Source: Squatina squatina (lineage: Eukaryota). From it: DNA of 63,837 nt. The notes beneath the pieces were generated by a model. The model was not told where the DNA came from and ran no database searches. It saw only the letters and a program-made list of their open reading frames with translations. This document shows, piece after piece, positions 13,935-25,600 of the stretch. The stretch's first letter is position 1; each line of letters starts with the position of its first letter. The stretch is taken from the NCBI GenBank assembly GCA_031763465.1, contig JARFOE010000234.1, forward strand, positions 599,268-663,104. Reading direction: 5' to 3'. A program made the position numbers and the translations under genes.

Positions 13935-14330
13935 AGAGACCATTTAGCCCATTGTCCACACCAGTGAATTTCTCTACATTAGCCATCTAGTCCAATCCCA
14001 TTCTCCTGCTCACCACCCCCATTCTTTTTGATTTTTTTTAAGCAACTGTCCAGATCCTCTTTTAAAGAAGTTACGGGCTCTTCAACAGCAGTCTGTGGCA
14101 GAGAATGCCACATTCTGTGTAGACATTTTCTAACCTCCCTATTAATTCTTGGTGTGATTATCTTAAATTTATGCTCTCAGTACTATCTCTCCGATTATTG
14201 GAAACAATCTATCATTACTTTTGAACAATGTTATCAGATCACTCCTTATTCTGCTTGGATCTAGTGAAAAAAGCTCTGACTGCTCAAGTCTCTCTGACCC
14301 TTTCTTCCTGGTAACAATGGTGAATTTAAG
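13935..14330 (-). mobile_element. Old CR1 LINE 3' end
   Basis: Degenerate match to the CR1 3' end seen at 62753-63118 (ATGGGCTAAATGGTCTC tail, GGAGAATGGGATTGGACTAG). Confidence 0.55.
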
Positions 14331-15087
14331 CTGTGTAGTCTATCATAACCGATATACAAGTCATATACCAACACTCAGAGAAATGGAAATATGTAATTCA
14401 GCTCCATCTCACGATATCTATAACATTCATCCTTCCTCAGAAATGCAGAATCTTGAAATATGTCATTGATGTTTAATGTATCATAGTTTATTGTCTCTGA
14501 TATTATTTTTAAAAAAATCACTGAACAACTAAAATTAGATGTGATCCTTCTTCCCTGTAATATCTGCTGGGGTCATGGAGAGTACATAACGGAGAACGAT
14601 ATTGGTGAAGTTGTACAAGGATGATGACTCAGGCATAAACAGAAATATCTAGTGATACAATTTTATTGATTAAGTTTCAGCACTAAACACCACTCAAGAC
14701 ACTTCGCTATTTCCTCTTTTAATTCACTTTTGAGCTGTGAGAAGCCACTGAGTCCAAAACTGATGACCTGAACAATATTGACCTTTGTTGGTGCATATAA
14801 CTTAAATGTATTCAATTTTAGAAAATCAAATTTTGACACTATCCTCTTTAATGTGCTCCAGAAATCAAATCCAGTCTTCAGTCATTTCTATAAATGTAAT
14901 TCGTGCATGAACATCTACTCCTCATCGAATACTGCCTAAGGAAACTCTGCATTCTTTTTCGCGATCTGTTTTCATGCTATGTGAAAGNNNNNNNNNNNNN
15001 NNNNNNNNNNNNNNNNNNNNNNNNNNNNNNNNNNNNNNNNNNNNNNNNNNNNNNNNNNNNNNNNNNNNNNNNNNNNNNNNNNNNNNN

Positions 15088-15350
15088 CTCAACCTCTCCT
15101 CATAGGGCAATCCACTCATCCCAGGAACCAGTCTAGTGAATTTTCATTGCATTCCCTCTAAAGCAAGTGTGTCTTTCCTTGGGTAAGGAGACCAGAACTG
15201 TACACAATACTCCAGATGTGGCCTCACCAATGCCCTGTATAATTGTAATGAGGCTTCTTTACTCCTTTATTCTAATCCCTTTGAAACAAAAGCTAATATA
15301 TCATTTGCTTTCTTAATTGTTTGCTGTACCTGCATGTTAACTTTCTGTGA
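15088..15350 (-). mobile_element. CR1 LINE RT fragment
   Basis: [46 protein letters not shown]. Confidence 0.9.
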
Positions 15351-16994
15351 TGCATTTTTTGTCTATTCTAGATTCCAGCGTCCGCAGCATTTTGCTTTTG
15401 AACTACTTTCATGGGCCTGTTACATGGCCACCTCTGTACTTTAACTAAATGCTGTTATTCATGTGCATGTCTTGACAGTGAAGGTTGGGCGGTGGGGTTG
15501 AGCGACTGTTTGTCCGCAGGGCTTGTCACAGTGGAGCCAGCATCCACACATGCGTTTCAAACAGAGCTGTCAGGATATGGAAACTTGGGATGATTTTCCA
15601 CTCTTTACCTTGGGGTCACTGTGGCTAAAGTCATCGTACTTTTGGTGTTCTCCTGACTCTGATCAGCTAACCCAAAACAAATCCAGGTTAATTCATGGAT
15701 TATCCTCAACTGTATTGCTCAGCTGTTCCATGTATGACATGACTAATACTAGTAACTGAACAAATGGAGCGGTGGGTGATTTTAATATATTAAGCCAGCT
15801 TGTTGATATATCTACTTCCTTCCTCGAGCGTGGTAGAAAAAAAAAGACTGTTGAGCATAATTACTGGGCAGACAAAGGAGATGGCAGCTTAAAAAAAATT
15901 TATTTGGAACAAATTTTATATGCAAGGAAGACTAACATAAGCTTAAACCAACAAGGTTGCTAATGATGTGATTAAACAAAACCAGAAGAACTGTATTAAA
16001 AGTCACTTTTATCGAAAGAGACTATTATTCACCATGGCATTCCAGAACGACACTCTGCCTATGCATCCTCTCTTTACATATGCACTGCATTCTAGCAGAT
16101 GGGGCTTATACGTTTTGTTATTTTGCCATCTGCAGTGTTCTGGAATGTAAAGAAAATGGCAATAGGGATTGTTCTCGTCTTGTCATCCTCTCTGTTTGTT
16201 ATATTGCGTGTTCCTTCCATTCTTCAATGCATTTCATTTTAGATTTTCTTTTCGGTGAAGGTTACATTTTCACATGCAAGTTACTGTTGGGATGATTTAA
16301 CACCACTGAGATATTTAACTGAGTGATGGTAAAACAGGGAATTATATAGTCAGTTTAAAAATTCATGTTACGATGGTAAGTAATTCTCTTTTGAGTTTCT
16401 CTTTCATCAATACTGCTACAATTATTGCTGCTGTGAACTTTCCCTTTTTGCTCCTCTTAGTTTTGAATACCCTGCCATGCACGCTGTTCCACCTGCCTAT
16501 ATCCTCACTGTGTTGAAATCAAGAATGACCACATTGTCATCGTATCTAACCTATTTGCTGCCAGGGCTTCAGAAGTCTGGAATTACCTATCTCGCACATT
16601 ATTTTGTTCCCTTTCTTTTTCCTTCAGAAGTAGAACCANNNNNNNNNNNNNNNNNNNNNNNNNNNNNNNNNNNNNNNNNNNNNNNNNNNNNNNNNNNNNN
16701 NNNNNNNNNNNNNNNNNNNNNNNNNNNNNNNNNNNNNNATGCTGCATGTCACATATGTCTTGTGCTAGCTCATTGACTCAAAGAATTATTTCAAGGACTG
16801 AGTCCATCATTAGCTTAGGGAGTTGAAGCTTTACCGATCTGAATGAAGTGTCGCATTAAAAAAACAACCTATTACAAAGTGGAACTTGCATTGTGAATGT
16901 TATTTAAAGGATGCAGTGTACTATCATGGCATTTGTGCATGATTTTCCAGTTTAATTATATAATATGACATCATGTAGTTACTCCTATGGGTAA

Positions 16995-17395
16995 GGTACT
17001 GGTTATGTGATGAGTACTGGTTATGTCATGAGTAATCCAGAGGTCTGGACTAATAATCCTGAANNNNNNNNNNAATTTGAGGATTTAAATTCAGTTAAAA
17101 ATCTGGGAGTAAAAAGCTGGTTACTGTAAAAGTGACCGTGAAATGTCAGATTGTTGTAAAAACCTAAGTAGTTCGCTAATGTCCTTTCATGGAAAAACCT
17201 GATATCCTTACCTGGTCTAGCCTCTACTGTGTCTCCAATCACGTACCAAAGTAGCTGCCCTTTGAAGTGGCCTAGCAAGCCACTCAGTTGTATCAAACTG
17301 CTACCAGCGGTTCAAGAAGGAAGTCCGCTACTTAATTCTCAGGACAACTAGGAATGGGCAGTGAACTCCACAGCCTGAGAATGAATAAGTAAAAT
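16995..17395 (+). mobile_element. tRNA-derived SINE, MER131-like core, with a LINE-derived 3' tail
   Basis: AGTAATCCAGAG head; GATTGTTGTAAAAACC...CTAATGTCCTTT..GGAAAAACCTG..ATCCTTACCTGGTCT core; tail related to the reverse complement of 31513-31597. The family name is from memory. Confidence 0.65.
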
Positions 17396-19785
17396 AATGA
17401 ATGAACTTGTAAATTGTGACTCAGCAATTTTAATTTTTGATGCTCCTACATATGTGCTCGAGTAAGGCTCGAGTCTATCAGCCTAACATTACTTTGAGCA
17501 GGTATCATAGCAGACCGACTCTGACAAAATGAAATTCATTCTTTGTCACTTGTACTTTCTCTGTCTACCACTTGATGGCAGAGACAACCCATGAAGAGCA
17601 TGACAAGTTATCAAAAACTTAAAGCTGCTTCAGCACACTGGCAGAAAGGCTGTAACAATCACAATTAACTCTGTAAATGTTTATTTGATAAATAGCAAAT
17701 CACAGTGACGAGATCTCAAAGCCTATGCCAGCAGTGTGTGCGTTGTTACAGTGAAAACTTTTATTAGAGACTACAGAAAGTCTGTTTTGAGATTTTTTAG
17801 TTTTGATCTTGGGTGTCAATGGGAAGGCCACATTTATTGCCTATCCATAGTTGCCCTGAGAAGATGTTGGTGAGCCTTAAATGGCTGCATTTCTTGACCG
17901 AGTCACACACCTACACGCCAGTCCACAAATTAGAAGGCAGGCAGGCAGGCACAGTTGGCCCAGCAATAATTTAGGAACGGCACTATATGTCCAAGTCAGC
18001 TCCTGGTATGTGCTCTTTTCCTGTTTTAGTTGTCTGTTGGATCATTTTGGGAGGATGTTACAATGGAACATTTACAGGTATGGGAAGGTAGAAATTCATG
18101 TACAAATGCTTACCNNNNNNNNNNNNNNNNNNNNNNNNNNNNNNNNNNNNNNNNNNNNNNNNNNNNNNNNNNNNNNNNNNNNNNNNNNNNNNNNNNNNNN
18201 NNNNNNNNNNNNNNTTCCTTCCCAAAGATTTTGTTACCCCCTCATGAAGGTACCTAATTTAGAGACAATAAAAAAGGGTTGGATGGTAAACTTGTGCTTG
18301 CCAAGTGCAGACTGCTGTCACAATCTTACTAATGGTGTGCTTGGCTATAATGATATCCTTTGGTGTCAACGTAACAGCACAGAGAGAAAGAAATCCACTC
18401 TCTGCATCCAAGAGACTATTTGTGTTTCCTGCAGAAATATGGAGACTGAAAAGAAATATTTACAGAAATCAAAATAGTTAAAGACAATTCTTTTTTAAGT
18501 ATATATTTCTCTTCAGCCTCACGCCACTTTAGGAAATACTGTTGAATGGTTCTGCACATGTAAAGAGCTGCTTATTTTACTACAAAGTAATTAATATCAG
18601 TAAAATATCTCCACTACTAATTTGGTGATATAGCTTCTGGTGAACTTGTCTCCCTTAATGGTTATCTAACCTCCAATTCTTTTATATTTTAACAGCCACT
18701 TTTTGAGACTGGCTAACCTTTCACAGATGTCACCTTTGATAGCAGCATTGTATTGGTAGATACTCAAATTTGCATTTGACCATCTATGTTACCAGAACCA
18801 AAATATCCTAACGTATTCTGCAGCATCCTTACTAGGTTTCCTGCAGGACTTGCCACAAGCCTTAAATGAATTTTATTAAGCCTTTGAAGATCTTGCATAG
18901 AACAATGTCCAATTAAAATTTTCCTGACCAGGAATGTGTTCCAAGTATAATCATAAACAAGGTATAGCTCTGGCTGCTTTAATTTTGCGTAAACTGCTGA
19001 TATATTTGAGATACTTAAACTAGGCCCAACTGCTGTGTCATGCTGGGTGATATAAACTGCAGTGCGTTTGCCAGGAACCATACTTCATCTTGGATTCAAG
19101 CAAAATTGTATGATTTATTTAAGGCTTGTGGTTGTTGGCAATGTCAAACACAATAAGTATTACAACTAGAGACAAGCTCTTAAACTGGATGTTCCAGATC
19201 ACCTAGACCCAGGGTGCAATGAGCAATGAATGCATTGCAATAATAAAACATTTGGCATTGGATTAAAGAAAGCCACTGCAGGCAATAAACACACTTACTA
19301 AACAGTGAGATATCAGCATCTGTGCCTCATTATTCGTTCCAAACTATCTCTGGTGCTTGGTGGCATAGTGACAAGCAAAGAGCTGTGTGATTTATCACTG
19401 GCAACTTGACAGAAAAGGATTAAACCATGGGGCCCCAATTGGATTGCGCCGCACTGGCAACTTAAGGACTGTTTTTTTCACCGTTTCTTTGCCGTTCGCT
19501 TAAATGGCGATATTGGTCTCTTCAAATATTCTTTTCAGGCGGGGTCTAAATGGGCCTGAAAATTAGTGTAAGTGGGTGCAGGTGCAGTGCTGAGTGGGTG
19601 AGAGAAATTCCACTGGACCATTTCACTGAACTACCTCATGAGGATCAATCACAATCAAACCAGCCCACCTGAGCCCTTAAAGGCAATGCTTGCACTGCTT
19701 TAGTCAGTCAAAACTCATTGGTGGGAGTCAGAAGCCATTGTGGAAGAGGGTGCTGCAACTTTGAGAAGCTGTTCGGCCTGCAGGA

Positions 19786-20017
19786 ATGGCAGCTGGTGGA
19801 AGAGGGGCCAGAGCTCCCAAGTTCCCTGGAGACTCTGGTATCGTCTGTAGAGAGGCGGGTGGCAAGACTCTTTGCCAAGAGCGGCCGAAGGGGAAGCATC
19901 CAAATGCTGAGGGCCTTATGGAGGGAGATAGCAGCAGAGGTGTCTGCATCGGATGTGGTTGCACGGACAGGACATTAGTGCCGTAAGAATTTTAACAACC
20001 TCAGTTCTGTAGTCAAG
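19786..20017 (+). pseudogene. Harbinger Myb/SANT-like DNA-binding protein remnant (MSANTD/NAIF1-like domain)
   Basis: MAAGGRGARAPKF, then a frameshift, then SLETLVSSVERRVARLFAKSGRRGSIQMLRALWREIAAEVSASDVVARTGH*CRKNFNNL. This fits the family pattern (RAPxF..LE.LV..V....LF...W.EIA..VSA....RT..QCRKKFNDL). It has a stop at 19976-19978 and ends in a degenerate donor AAG|CTAAGT. Confidence 0.85.
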
Positions 20018-20114
20018 CTAAGTGTTATGTTGTCTTTAATGTGCAAGTGTAAGAAATTTCCCATGATGGGAAATGCTATGTGAACATCGTGTAACTTAGA
20101 TCTGTTCTACATGC

Positions 20115-20297
20115 ATGCCTGGGATGGCAGGACTGACGTATGAAGAGCATTGGGGGGGATTAGGCTTATATTCGCTAGAGTTTAGAAGAATGAGAGGGGA
20201 CCTCATTGAAACTTATAAAATTCTGTCAAGACTGGACAGAATAGATGCAGGAAGGATGTTCCCAATGGTGGGGAAGTCCAGAACCAGGGGTCACAGC
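20115..20297 (+). mobile_element. CR1 LINE ORF2 C-terminal fragment nested in the Harbinger relic
   Basis: PGMAGLTYEE..LGLYSLEFRRMRGDLIETYKIL..LDRIDAGRMFPMVGKSRTRGHS. Confidence 0.92.
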
Positions 20298-20663
20298 NNN
20301 NNNNNNNNNNNNNNNNNNNNNNNNNNNNNNNNNNNNNNNNNNNNNNNNNNNNNNNNNNNNNNNNNNNNNNNNNNNNNNNNNNNNNNNNNNNNNNNNNTGG
20401 TGGCTTTTATTTCAGCATTGTGGCCAAGAGGACGCTGTGATGGTCAGTAACAGAGGGAAGGTAATGTGTGGGACTAATGTTGAAAGGGGAGCTGGAGTTG
20501 TGGTCACTGGGACCACAGGCAGATGATTTGATCCCGGACATCCCAGCTATAAAGGGCTGTCTGGGATGCATCCTTCCATCTGATTCCTCCTCTCCCGCTT
20601 CCTTCTCTGCAGCTTCCTCCGCTTCTGTGTCTTCCTCTTCCCTCTGCAAGTGGATGCTGTAAG

Positions 20664-20800
20664 TCTGAAATGACAGCATAAAATGCTGAAAACACTCAGC
20701 TGGTCGGGCAGCATCTCAACCTGAGACGTGAACTTTGTTTCTTTCACCATGAATGTTGCCTGACCTTTTGGTGTTGTGTCCGCCTCTGTCTCTATTTAAA
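20664..20800. repeat. Head-to-head inverted pair of the same repeat
   Basis: Left arm ...CTCAGCTGGTCGGGCAGCATCT and right arm ATGTTGCCTGACC... are reverse complements (11/13 in the core). Confidence 0.6.
20793..20800 (+). promoter_or_regulatory. TATA-like TATTTAAA about 70 nt upstream of the TECRL ATG
   Basis: Motif and position only. It overlaps the end of a repeat fragment. Confidence 0.25.
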
Positions 20801-20863
20801 TGTTAGACGATTGTCTCCTTATTGGCAATTTGTTCTGGTGCAGGCAAGTTAAGCAGGAAGAGA

Positions 20864-21076
20864 ATGCATGCACTTTATAAAGGAAGAGCTGCTATAGAAA
20901 AGGCTATGTTACCTGGTAAACAAAGTGAGCTGAAATCATTCCTTTCTCTCTCTCAGTTTTTATTGACTTCGGGCCAATTTGGACAGTGTGCAATACAAAA
21001 ACATTCAAAAATTTCTTATGTTGAAGTGGAAATTCTTGATGCTCATACAAAGAAGCAGATTTGTGTCCTGGAAAAG
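20864..21076 (+). CDS. TECRL: First coding exon of trans-2,3-enoyl-CoA reductase-like (partial gene; 71 codons, phase-0 donor)
   Basis: Translates MHALYKGRAAIEKAMLPGKQSELKSFLSLSQFLLTSGQFGQCAIQKHSKISYVEVEILDAHTKKQICVLEK and ends at a consensus donor AAG|GTAAGT (21076/21077). The last ~49 aa align without gaps to recalled human TECRL ([49 protein letters not shown]), whose first exon, as I recall, ends at the same K. The start position is less certain than the 3' end. Confidence 0.9.
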
Positions 21077-21089
21077 GTAAGTGGGTTCC

Positions 21090-21099
21090 CTATTTTTAA
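21090..21099 (+). promoter_or_regulatory. MEF2 consensus site CTATTTTTAA at the start of intron 1
   Basis: Matches YTA(A/T)4TAR 14 nt after the donor of a gene known as heart/muscle-enriched in mammals. The motif is common by chance in AT-rich DNA. Confidence 0.25.
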
Positions 21100-21233
21100 T
21101 AGTGTGGGCTAAAGTAAGGGCATTACCACACTGATCCTGCCTGTCTGTGAAGTAATGTGCTGATACGACATTGGGTGTTAAAGAACAGTCTTGGATATTA
21201 ATGAAAAATGTTGATATTAAAGAACAAAGTTGA

Positions 21234-21402
21234 ATGATTGGGAGGGCTATAGTGACAGGGGATTCAATCGTAAGGGGAACATATAGGTGTTTCTGCGGCC
21301 GCAAACGAGACTCCAGGATGATATGTTGCCTCCCTGGTGCTAGGGTCCAGGATGTCACAAAGCGGCTGCAGGTCATTCTTCAGGGGGAGGGTGAACTGCC
21401 AG
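21234..21402 (+). mobile_element. CR1 LINE ORF1 (SGNH esterase-like) fragment
   Basis: AIVTGDSIVRGTYRCFCGRKRDSRMICCLPGARVQDVTKRLQVILQGEGE. Confidence 0.9.
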
Positions 21403-22310
21403 NNNNNNNNNNNNNNNNNNNNNNNNNNNNNNNNNNNNNNNNNNNNNNNNNNNNNNNNNNNNNNNNNNNNNNNNNNNNNNNNNNNNNNNNNNNNNNNNNN
21501 NNCTTGAAGGTTACTGTAGATACACCATCTACTCCCCCTGGAACAAAGCACTGTCAATGAAAATATCAGTTAATGAGCCATTCCTCTGACAAATAACACA
21601 ATTAAATTCATAGTGCTGACTTCATTCATCACTATATATTCTATGCTAATACAATTAATTCTCTGCAATCTGTTCAGGATTTTGCATCAAATTCCCGAGG
21701 ATTGTACGAAACAACCATAAGTTCTATGGGATTCAGGGGTCTAATTTTGCCCTGCTCTTCCACCAAGTAATGTTGTTCAGAAAGGACAGGGCAGGCAAGA
21801 GGAATTGGTGTGGGATAGGATACAGAAGTTGAAGTGCTTCCAAAGATCTTTGCAATCTGGAATAATTTTTTTATCATTAATTGCACTTTCATTCTGCCGA
21901 TTCTGCTGTGTCATTTATTTTTTGCCCGTTTGTCCTTTGTCTCGAAATAGATTTCGAAGATGTGTTAATTACAGAATATCATCGTGCCAAGACCGCTGAT
22001 GTTTCAGTAATTTCCCAGTCTGTCTTTCTGCTCAAGGAGCAGGACAATGCAAATTGGAATTAATGAGGTAGAACATTGTCCCCTCCTGCCATCTCACCTC
22101 AGAGGAGAAACAATACTAACAGGCAAACTAAGAATTTATATCTGCAGATCACTGAAAGGGAGAATAAATACTTTGTTGGCCCCTAATTGCTTGTTTATTA
22201 ACAAGACATANNNNNNNNNNNNNNNNNNNNNNNNNNNNNNNNNNNNNNNNNNNNNNNNNNNNNNNNNNNNNNNNNNNNNNNNNNNNNNNNNNNNNNNNNN
22301 NNNNNNNNNN

Positions 22311-22686
22311 TCCCCCCACTCACCCCCCAGTAAGGGCTCAGAGTGAATCACGCAGCAATACAATGGAGCCCAGTCTGAATGCTCTCACTTGCGCTGCATT
22401 ATCTGAGATGAGGCCCGTGTCATCACTGAATAATGCAGGCATTGTCACTGCTGGATTTAGTGCACACTGACACTGTGCAATTTTGGACGAGCGGCCATTT
22501 TGGGCGGCGCGCGCACTTATGACATCATAGCGCCGCGATTACACTTCAGCCAGTGCTTCAAACTTTATGGGACTTGCGCCCGTTTTGCGCCGGCGCAAAT
22601 GGGACCCTAATTTTGCGCCCGCGTTTTCATGCCTAAAATGCCTTTACGCCAGTTTCATGCCGATTTCATGCTGGAAGTTTTCCCTC
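22311..22686. mobile_element. GC/CpG-rich Harbinger-type element, right part
   Basis: CpG-rich block emerging from a gap, ending AAGTTTTCCCTC. Shares ATGACATCAT and GGCCATTT motifs with 27075-27409. Confidence 0.5.
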
Positions 22687-25600
22687 GAATTGGCCGCCCT
22701 TAGTTTCCAGGGAAAAGGAGAACAAACATCTCAGATTGGACCTAAGTACTTCACATTCCAATATTTTTGTAAGTGCAACCAGTAAGTTAATAAGGAGGTT
22801 CCATGGTAACACGGGGGTTAAGAGCATATGTTGCAGGCATCTCCCTGCTTGTTGAAAGTGTCTTTTGAGGCTGGAAGTGGCATTCCTGATTTGTCAGGAG
22901 TACTATAATGATTTATCATTTTGGCCTCAATGGAATGTTATTTTCAGAATCCTAGATCTAACTGTGCATTTAGGACACTAATGTGTACCTTTACTTCAAT
23001 CGCAGCTTACAGGGCAGTAAGGTCATTGCAACCACCTTTCACAGTCTCCGTGTAATCTCAGTTCTATTTTTAACTATCATTACACAGGTTGGCTTTATTG
23101 GCACTATAGTGTTTTGTGATTTATGTCAGTGTCTGAACAGTCAATTACAGCCCATCACTTTCTCCCACACTCCGAGATGTGATATATTTAACCCATCAAA
23201 ACCTGCAGCCTTCATGACTGCCAGAATTCTTAAATCATATCTATTTCAAAAGCACTCAATATTGTCATATATTATACTCCACTAAGATGTTTCTGCAAGG
23301 AATGGAAATTTGGGGCAATTATATTTTTGGTCAAGGTTTAGCCCCAAATTCAGATTCGCCTCAACTTACATTGGAATTTTAAAATTGTGCAAGTCAAAAT
23401 GGCTTCATTCCATAAAGGTGATCCTTCTTGCTCCAGTTCAGCTGTACATGCAAAACTTTGGTGTTCCTTCCCATATATCAGCGATGGTCTGTTTGCATCT
23501 TGAATGGTGCTCAAACAAGGCAATTCATGATTGCACGAGCGCTTTTGATTAATTGAGGGACGGCTATTCTAGTGGACACAGCCAGTAGTTTCAAGGTAAA
23601 TCAGCTGGGTGAAGCTGTTAGCAGCTCAGAAAGGTGCAATATCACCATGGTGATCTTTGTCTTTTGCTTCCCAGCTAATCCTCAGAACAGCAATTAATGC
23701 AGAAGACCTAGTTCCGTTGATGGTATTTGACAGGTAGGTGAAAGCACAACCAACAGATAACATTTAGCTGTTGCCAAAAGCAACTCTCCTCATGAAAAAC
23801 TTAATCCAAAAGATTTTTAATATACATGATTCCAGATCTTGGTTGTGAAAGGTTAGAAATGAATGGTTCGAAGACAGGTTGAACCTGCAAACCACCTGTG
23901 CCACAGTCCCACAGTGAGAGATCATAGCCAGGCAAGGTTACACTGCCAGTAAAAATCATTCATTCATGACAAAGCTTCTCAGTCCTTTGAAAACACCATT
24001 AAGGATACTTATTGTGGCAACAAAAGCCAAATAAATACAAATGGGATTAAACAGCTGAACACCTAAGTGCTCTTAAAATGTGTCCGTATACAAGTTAAGG
24101 TGAAACATAAATGCAGTGCTGAAGAGGTTAAATAGCAGAGATTTCTGAACTTGGTTCAATGAAAAACCTGTTCTGTAACAGAGTGGACATAAAGTGCACT
24201 TTGCCTTCAATTAGAATTGCCAAGAGATTCTTGCACACAAGATCCCAGTTCAATGAATTTTGAAAGCGATCTTCACCTGCAAAAGAACTGCAGTGGATTA
24301 GCAGACAAAGAATTCAAATTATTCTGTGTACTAAAACAAAATACAGTCAGAACAAATGGGTACAAATTCCCGAACAGAAGTTCAGAGATTTGGAATTTGC
24401 AGCTAATACTGCTCATATGGGAATATAAGTTTTTAAGTGTAATTTTGATATTCATTTGATTTATTTAGTTCCTTGCACTTGTAATATTTTTCTATACTTT
24501 ACTCAGTTGCTGAAGTAATCTGAGTCGATGTTTTGAAAACAGCAAATTTTATCATAAGTTTATATCTCAAGTTCTGTGTCACATTGCACTATATACACAT
24601 TACAAAAGTAAATAAATTTGCAACTCGTTTGCTATGAAGTTTAGATTATGCTGAATCTCTGAAGATGCTGTGCGCTCTGNNNNNNNNNNNNNNNNNNNNN
24701 NNNNNNNNNNNNNNNNNNNNNNNNNNNNNNNNNNNNNNNNNNNNNNNNNNNNNNNNNNNNNNNNNNNNNNNNNNNNNNNACCTGAGCATTTAGATGAGAT
24801 TATTGCCTTGAAATCATCCCCAGCTATTAGTTATTCACTATGTGCATTCAGCGCCTAACAATTGTGGACTGTGTCCTACTTAATTTTGTTACACTACTAT
24901 TCATTTTTATTGTGTGCTCACTAATGTTGCCCGGTGCAATGAAGAATAATTTTAAAGTTACCTTTATTGCACATATTAAATGCTCGTTGCTGTCCATTAG
25001 TGAGAGTGATTCACTGTTGGAGGCACTTGACGTATAAACTCAGAATGTTATGATATATATACTTCCCACAGTAAGTAATTTATCTTTATTATTCTGGGCA
25101 AGAATAATTATAATGAATTTCCACAAAAAAAAATGAGGACTGTGCAAGTATTTAGTTACAGTGCAATAATCTGTTTAGGCAGGAGGGATGAAAATAAATA
25201 GGCCCATTAGATACACAGTCTGACCAATTTGTTTTCATTTTAAGCAAATAAAAAATTTGCTCTGCTGAGCTGTGAACAAATACCGATTATTTATATTGGA
25301 CCAACAATCGATCAAACAGAAAAGTAATTTTTGAAATTAATTGCTTTGAGCTGTGAGTCGGAAATCCCTTTACTGATTAGACTACAGATGTTTCCTATCA
25401 AATGTAGTGTAAAACTGCACAGTATCGAGTACTTAAAATGTGAGGAAAAAAGAAATACACAACACCGAGATAATTCAGACTGTTCTGATACAGCCAAACC
25501 ATTACAGAACATATGCACTAACATACTGACTGAAAATTAATTAATTGTTTTTCTTCATAAAAAGACTATAAAAAATGAAATAGTCAACATGTTTTTCCTA

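Larger units (their letters stand above)
19429..20660. mobile_element. Decayed PIF/Harbinger DNA transposon (left terminus, Myb/SANT remnant on +, transposase C-terminal tail on -), interrupted by CR1 and a gap
   Basis: Terminus GGGGCCCCAATTGG at 19429; Myb/SANT remnant 19786-20017; acidic minus-strand tail QREEEDTEAEEAAEKEAGEEESDG at ~20575-20650, followed by a minus-strand AATAAA near 20407. The join across the 20298-20397 gap is inferred. Confidence 0.75.

Noticed and set aside
17875-17884. CArG box CCTTAAATGG about 3 kb upstream of TECRL
   Set aside because: A single site at the edge of a retroposon tail; several are expected by chance in a window this size.
18764-19081. 105-aa minus-strand ORF with a VYDY motif reminiscent of C2 domains
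   Set aside because: Similarity is limited to four residues and there are no supporting exon boundaries.
22480-22660. CpG-island promoter
   Set aside because: Short, gap-adjacent, and shares motifs and termini with the dispersed Harbinger-type elements.
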